From the NCBI GenBank assembly GCA_963665275.2, contig CAXXIN010000009.1, positions 64,001 to 128,000 of the forward strand: a stretch of DNA of 64,000 nucleotides, read 5' to 3'. How positions within the stretch are numbered: the stretch's first letter is position 1; each line of letters begins with the position of its first letter. Positions 60,065-64,000 of the stretch are shown one piece after another. This stretch comes from Negativicutes bacterium. GTDB lineage: Bacteria > Bacillota > Negativicutes > UBA1444. Both the position numbers and the translations under genes were made by a program. A model generated the notes under the pieces. The model was not told the origin of the DNA and ran no database searches. It was given only the letters and a program-made list of their open reading frames with translations.

Positions 60065-60905
60065 ATGAAATCGACCCCAGTCTGCCTTGGCGAAAATCCG
60101 AAAGAATCATTCGCGCCATATTGTCGACCTGTGGAATGCCTTCTTTCCCGAGCAGTCCCTGCGTTCTGGCTGCCTCTTCCAGCAATTCCTCGGCGCAAGC
60201 CCCCTGAACGTCCTTGCCTTTAAGATAACGTTCTTGAAATTTTCCGGGATACTTCACAGACAGTTGATTAATCAACTCCAATGTGGCTTCACCCGTGTCA
60301 TAAATAGTGTCTTTCAATGCGTTGCAAAGCCCCAACAAAAGAGCGCTCTTCTGGTCTGGCAGGCTGGGTGACAAAATGCCGGGAGTATCCAACAGGTCAA
60401 CATCGCCATCGACCCTTATCCACTGGCGGCCACGGGTTACTCCCGGTTTGTCGCCGGTTCTTGCCGATGCCGTTTTAACTACGCGGTTCACCAAAGATGA
60501 TTTTCCCACATTGGGTATCCCGATAATCATGACCCGGACCGAACGCGGCCGAAGTCCTTTCTTCGTAAGCTTTGCCAGCGCCGGAGCCCCGGCCTGCTTG
60601 GCTTTTTGCATCAACTGCCGAACACCTCTGCCATCAACTGCGTTAAGCAACGCTGCCGGGCGCCCCGAGGATTCAAAATACTTTACCCAGGCTTCAGTCA
60701 CTGCAGGATCAGCCAAATCAGCCTTATTTAGGGCGATAACAGTGGGACGACTGCCAATTAGTTCTTTCAACACCGGGTTGGCGCTGCTACGCGGCAATCT
60801 CGCATCCAGCACTTCGACCACAACGTCGACAACCTTGAGGTCTTCAGTAAGAATTCTCTTTGCTTTGGCCATGTGGCCAGGATACCATTGAATCATTTTA
60901 CTCAT
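60036..60905 (-). CDS. rbgA: Ribosome biogenesis GTPase RbgA (YlqF)
   Basis: IQWYPGHMAKA, DARLP.SS.NP, NKADL, GIPNVGKSS, PGVT, LDTPG. Confidence 0.96.
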   Translation of the reverse strand: MSKMIQWYPGHMAKAKRILTEDLKVVDVVVEVLDARLPRSSANPVLKELIGSRPTVIALNKADLADPAVTEAWVKYFESSGRPAALLNAVDGRGVRQLMQKAKQAGAPALAKLTKKGLRPRSVRVMIIGIPNVGKSSLVNRVVKTASARTGDKPGVTRGRQWIRVDGDVDLLDTPGILSPSLPDQKSALLLGLCNALKDTIYDTGEATLELINQLSVKYPGKFQERYLKGKDVQGACAEELLEEAARTQGLLGKEGIPQVDNMARMILSDFRQGRLGSISFEIPGEKDE

Positions 60906-60914
60906 ATCAACACG

Positions 60915-61442
60915 CTACGGCAACGTCTTAAACTGGGATGGCGGCCAAAACACCAAGATAGCTTTGCCCTTAACCATATTAACCGGTACGAAGCCGACCG
61001 CACGGGAGCGGCTGTCTTCCGAATTGTTTCGGTTATCTCCCATAGCGAACAAATGACCCGCTGGAACTTTCGACGCCGGGAAATTCCCACGGGTCATCTC
61101 CAGAATGTAGGGTTCATCCAATAATTCGCCATTACGAAAAACCTGACCTTGCCTGACTTCAATCGTATCTCCGGCGACGCCAATGACCCTCTTGATGAAA
61201 TCACGGCTCGGATCGCGCGGATATCGGAAGACCAGAATTTCCCCCCGTTCCGGGGTTTTAAAATAGTAAATGAATTTATTGACGACCAGGCGTTCACTAT
61301 TCACAAGCGTCGGACGCATCGAAGGCCCCTCGACGAGGTAAAGCTCCACAATGAAATAGCGGATAAATAACGCAAGCGCGACTGCGATTAGGATGGAAAT
61401 GACCCAGTCTTTGATTTCCTCATTCCAGTTTATCGTTGCCAA
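60915..61442 (-). CDS. lepB: Signal peptidase I
   Basis: VEGPSMRPTL, FIKRVIG, GDNRNNSEDSR; TTG start at 61442. Confidence 0.95.
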   Translation of the reverse strand: MATINWNEEIKDWVISILIAVALALFIRYFIVELYLVEGPSMRPTLVNSERLVVNKFIYYFKTPERGEILVFRYPRDPSRDFIKRVIGVAGDTIEVRQGQVFRNGELLDEPYILEMTRGNFPASKVPAGHLFAMGDNRNNSEDSRSRAVGFVPVNMVKGKAILVFWPPSQFKTLP

Positions 61443-61556
61443 ACAAACACAACCTCTCAGCATAGGATAAGAAAAGACTAGGGATTATGCCCCGTCTCTT
61501 GAACGATTTCAAAATCCTGATAAAGTGCTAACTTCAGGTAGTTTCGAAAAAGGAGA

Positions 61557-61583
61557 AAAAGGGACTGCTTGCAGTCCCTTTTC
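61557..61583 (-). terminator. Intrinsic terminator after rplS
   Basis: AAAAGGGACTGC-AA-GCAGTCCCTTTTT on the minus strand. Confidence 0.8.
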
Positions 61584-61595
61584 AGTGATTTCAAA

Positions 61596-61937
61596 CTATC
61601 GTTTTTCTTTAATCCGGGCTGCTTTACCTTTGAGATCCCGCAGGTAGAAGAGTTTCGCCCGGCGGACTACACCGCGACGAATAACTTCAATTTTGTCCAC
61701 TCTCGGAGAATGAACCGGGAACGTTCGCTCCACGCCGATGCCGTAAGAGATACGGCGAACGGTGAAGGTCTCACGCGAACTTCCGCCACTGCGACCGATT
61801 ACAAGACCTTCAAAAGCCTGCAACCTTTCGCGAGTTCCTTCCACAACCTTTACCTGTACCCTGACGGTGTCTCCAGGCCGAAATGCCGGGATGTCAGTTC
61901 GCAGTTGCTCCTGCTCGAGAATTCTGATAATATCCAT
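61596..61937 (-). CDS. rplS: 50S ribosomal protein L19
   Basis: [42 protein letters not shown]. Confidence 0.98.
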   Translation of the reverse strand: MDIIRILEQEQLRTDIPAFRPGDTVRVQVKVVEGTRERLQAFEGLVIGRSGGSSRETFTVRRISYGIGVERTFPVHSPRVDKIEVIRRGVVRRAKLFYLRDLKGKAARIKEKR

Positions 61938-61951
61938 GAATGCTCCTCCTT

Positions 61952-61995
61952 CTTCGGATGTTCTTGCCGGTCGCAACCGCACAGAGGACCACCCT
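61952..61995 (-). ncRNA. L19 leader-like element
   Basis: GGTGGTCCTCTG...AAGAACATCC between promoter and RBS; resembles the Firmicutes L19 leader. Confidence 0.6.
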
Positions 61996-62009
61996 GTATA
62001 AACATGAGA

Positions 62010-62038
62010 ATTGTATCATAAACTTGATGGAATGACAA
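62010..62038 (-). promoter_or_regulatory. SigA promoter of rplS
   Basis: TTGTCA-N17-TACAAT with extended TG. Confidence 0.75.
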
Positions 62039-62047
62039 GGAACGCAG

Positions 62048-62797
62048 CTATAAGGAGTCGGCTTTTTTCAAAGCCGCCAGGAATTGCAGGTCTGCCGGCG
62101 TTAGCGAAAAGCTTTCCAACAAATCAGGCCGGATTTCCCAAGTCCGGCGCAAAGACTCCTGGCGCCGCCACTTATCAATATCGGCATGGTTCCCCGATAA
62201 TAAAACGGAAGGAACTTCCCATTCCCGATACTGCCTGGGTCGCGTGTATTGAGGGTACTCCAGCAAACCTGATGAATAGGAATCCAATTCGGCTGCATTG
62301 GCAGCCCCCAAAGCACCAGGGATCAGTCGGACAATTGTATCTGTAATAATCATGGCAGGCAACTCACCGCCGGTAAGAACATAATCCCCCACCGAAAGAG
62401 CCTCATCACAAAGATGGTCGCGCACGCGCTCGTCGATGCCTTCGTAATGACCGCACAACAGAATGAGATGTTCATACCGACTGAGCCGTTCCGCATCCGC
62501 CTGACAAAATCGGGGGGCAACCGGACTCATTAGCACAACATGAGGTTTGGACGCCTCCATGTTCGGCTGTGGGAAAAGACTCTCCACACAAGAAAAAATC
62601 GGTTCGGGCTTCATTACCATGCCGGAGCCGCCGCCGAAAGGATAATCGTCTACGATATGATGCTTGTCGGTCGCAAAATCACGCGGATTGACAACAGAAA
62701 TATCGACCAGTCCTGCGTTGCGGGCCCGACCGATGATACTACAACCAAGGGGACCCTCAAACATCTCTGGAAACAAGGATACAATATCAAACCGCAT
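62048..62797 (-). CDS. trmD: tRNA (guanine37-N1)-methyltransferase
   Basis: [49 protein letters not shown]. Confidence 0.97.
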   Translation of the reverse strand: MRFDIVSLFPEMFEGPLGCSIIGRARNAGLVDISVVNPRDFATDKHHIVDDYPFGGGSGMVMKPEPIFSCVESLFPQPNMEASKPHVVLMSPVAPRFCQADAERLSRYEHLILLCGHYEGIDERVRDHLCDEALSVGDYVLTGGELPAMIITDTIVRLIPGALGAANAAELDSYSSGLLEYPQYTRPRQYREWEVPSVLLSGNHADIDKWRRQESLRRTWEIRPDLLESFSLTPADLQFLAALKKADSL

Positions 62798-62802
62798 TGT
62801 CG

Positions 62803-63300
62803 CTACCAATACTCCGGCAGTGTAACAATCATCCGACGTTCTATCATATCGATTTGTTTCACTACTGTATCGATAGCCGGTAATAGAATTTCTTCGTTTG
62901 AAGGTGTCTTGACCACATACACATCATTACTGCCTGTCTGCAGAACATTGTCCACAATCCCCAGCGCAACGCCTTGCTCATCGAAAACTTCGATACCGAT
63001 GAGCTGATGAATATAGAATTGCCCCGGCGGCAACGGCATCAGTGCGTCTTCCGTTACATATAGTTCCTGGTGGCGAAAGGGGAGCCAGACTTCCGGAGTA
63101 TCCATGCCGCGAAATTTCGCCAGTACGGTATCCCTTTGCAGGCGGGCCGATTCTAAAACCAATCGGGTACCATCCGCAAGCAGCAGGTATTCCGTCTCTT
63201 CGAACCGACGCGGAAAGTCCGTGAGCGGCTGCAATTTGACCTCTCCACGGACTCCGTGCGGTATCGTTATCCTGGCAACAGCGATCAAGTTATCTTTCAC
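62803..63300 (-). CDS. rimM: Ribosome maturation factor RimM
   Basis: [30 protein letters not shown]. Confidence 0.96.
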   Translation of the reverse strand: MKDNLIAVARITIPHGVRGEVKLQPLTDFPRRFEETEYLLLADGTRLVLESARLQRDTVLAKFRGMDTPEVWLPFRHQELYVTEDALMPLPPGQFYIHQLIGIEVFDEQGVALGIVDNVLQTGSNDVYVVKTPSNEEILLPAIDTVVKQIDMIERRMIVTLPEYW

Positions 63301-63312
63301 TGCGCCCTCATC

Positions 63313-63720
63313 TCATTCCCGGATGGCCAAAATCTTGCCATCTTCGAGCAAGATCTCACGACCCATCAATTTTTGCAGATCATCGCCTTCTGATACCGTA
63401 ACCATCTGCTCCATCGTGCCCTGAACAATTTCAGCGCCGATTTCAAGCTGGCTGGTTTCTTTCAGTTTTTCCTGCATATGGCTTTTGAGTTCGAGGCGTT
63501 TCTGCTTCTCGCCATCAATCTGCTGCCGAAGCGCAGTCAGACCCTGTACGTCAGAACGAACCTGTTCCGTCATGAGCCGTTTTGCATGAAATTCGATCTG
63601 TTGAAGCTCCATGTCAATTTTGGCCATGGCTTCCTTGATCTCCGCGATCAGCTGTTCCTTGAGGATCTCGGTAACCTTGGACTTCACGGTCACCGGGCAT
63701 TTTAATGTAATTGCGCTCAT
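63313..63720 (-). CDS. ylqD: YlqD-family protein
   Basis: V.VK..VTE, coiled coil, LEIGAEIVQG......V..GD, EILLEDGKI; between khpA and rimM. Confidence 0.85.
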   Translation of the reverse strand: MSAITLKCPVTVKSKVTEILKEQLIAEIKEAMAKIDMELQQIEFHAKRLMTEQVRSDVQGLTALRQQIDGEKQKRLELKSHMQEKLKETSQLEIGAEIVQGTMEQMVTVSEGDDLQKLMGREILLEDGKILAIRE

Positions 63721-63947
63721 CCTACAATCTCCACCATAACTCTACGGTTTTCACGGGTAGCAGCCGCCTTGGCCATCGTACGGATCGCCTTGGCAATGCG
63801 TCCCTGTTTCCCAATGACTTTACCCATATCTTCCTGTGCAACCGTCACCTCGTAAATCCAGGTGTCATTTTCGACTTTTTCGATAACACAGATCTGATCC
63901 GGGTTCTTCACTAACGATCGGACCAAAAGTTCAATAAGTTCTTTCAC
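63717..63947 (-). CDS. khpA: KH-domain RNA-binding protein KhpA (YlqC)
   Basis: DMGKVIGKQGRIAKAIRT. Confidence 0.94.
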   Translation of the reverse strand: MKELIELLVRSLVKNPDQICVIEKVENDTWIYEVTVAQEDMGKVIGKQGRIAKAIRTMAKAAATRENRRVMVEIVG

Positions 63948-63952
63948 TCCGC

Positions 63953-64000
63953 TTAGCCCTCCTTCCGGGCTTGTTGTTTCTGCTCGTCAATTTTCTTCAT
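63953..64000 (-). CDS. rpsP: 3' end of probable 30S ribosomal protein S16
   Basis: ...MKKIDEQKQQARKEG* directly upstream of khpA; assigned by synteny only. Confidence 0.6.
   Translation of the reverse strand: MKKIDEQKQQARKEG

Overview
A 64-kb core-chromosome segment of a flagellated Firmicute, most consistent with Negativicutes (Sporomusaceae-like; inferred from gene order and protein features). Almost every gene is on the minus strand. In transcription order: rpsP(3' end)-khpA-ylqD-rimM-trmD-rplS-lepB-rbgA-rnhB-ylqG-like-ylqH-like-yraN-comM, an intervening block (degenerate PAS-GGDEF, convergent plus-strand pncB, folP-folB-folK), dprA-topA-xerC-codY, the ~30-kb fla/che operon (flgB to sigD, fapA, swrB-like), and rpsB-tsf-pyrH-frr-small ORF-ferredoxin-uppS-cdsA-dxr-rseP-ispG-proS-polC-rimP-nusA(5' part). 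I saw no mobile element, CRISPR array, tRNA or rRNA. About ten genes between ~7.4 and ~23.7 kb are broken by single-base indels, including essential rpsB and pyrH, which points to sequencing or assembly error. The best candidate for an undescribed system is a TIGR02530-type flagellar operon protein with RNase-fold-like motifs, followed directly by a two-hairpin RNA in the 5' leader of flgE, with a further hairpin after flgE. Other points of interest: PolC lacks its proofreading exonuclease domain but keeps an apparently complete PHP metal site; FlhB has a leader ending in a Prp-protease-like LQxF motif; FolP has a reductase-type N-terminal extension; TopA has a long Lys-rich tail; cdsA probably starts at CTG.
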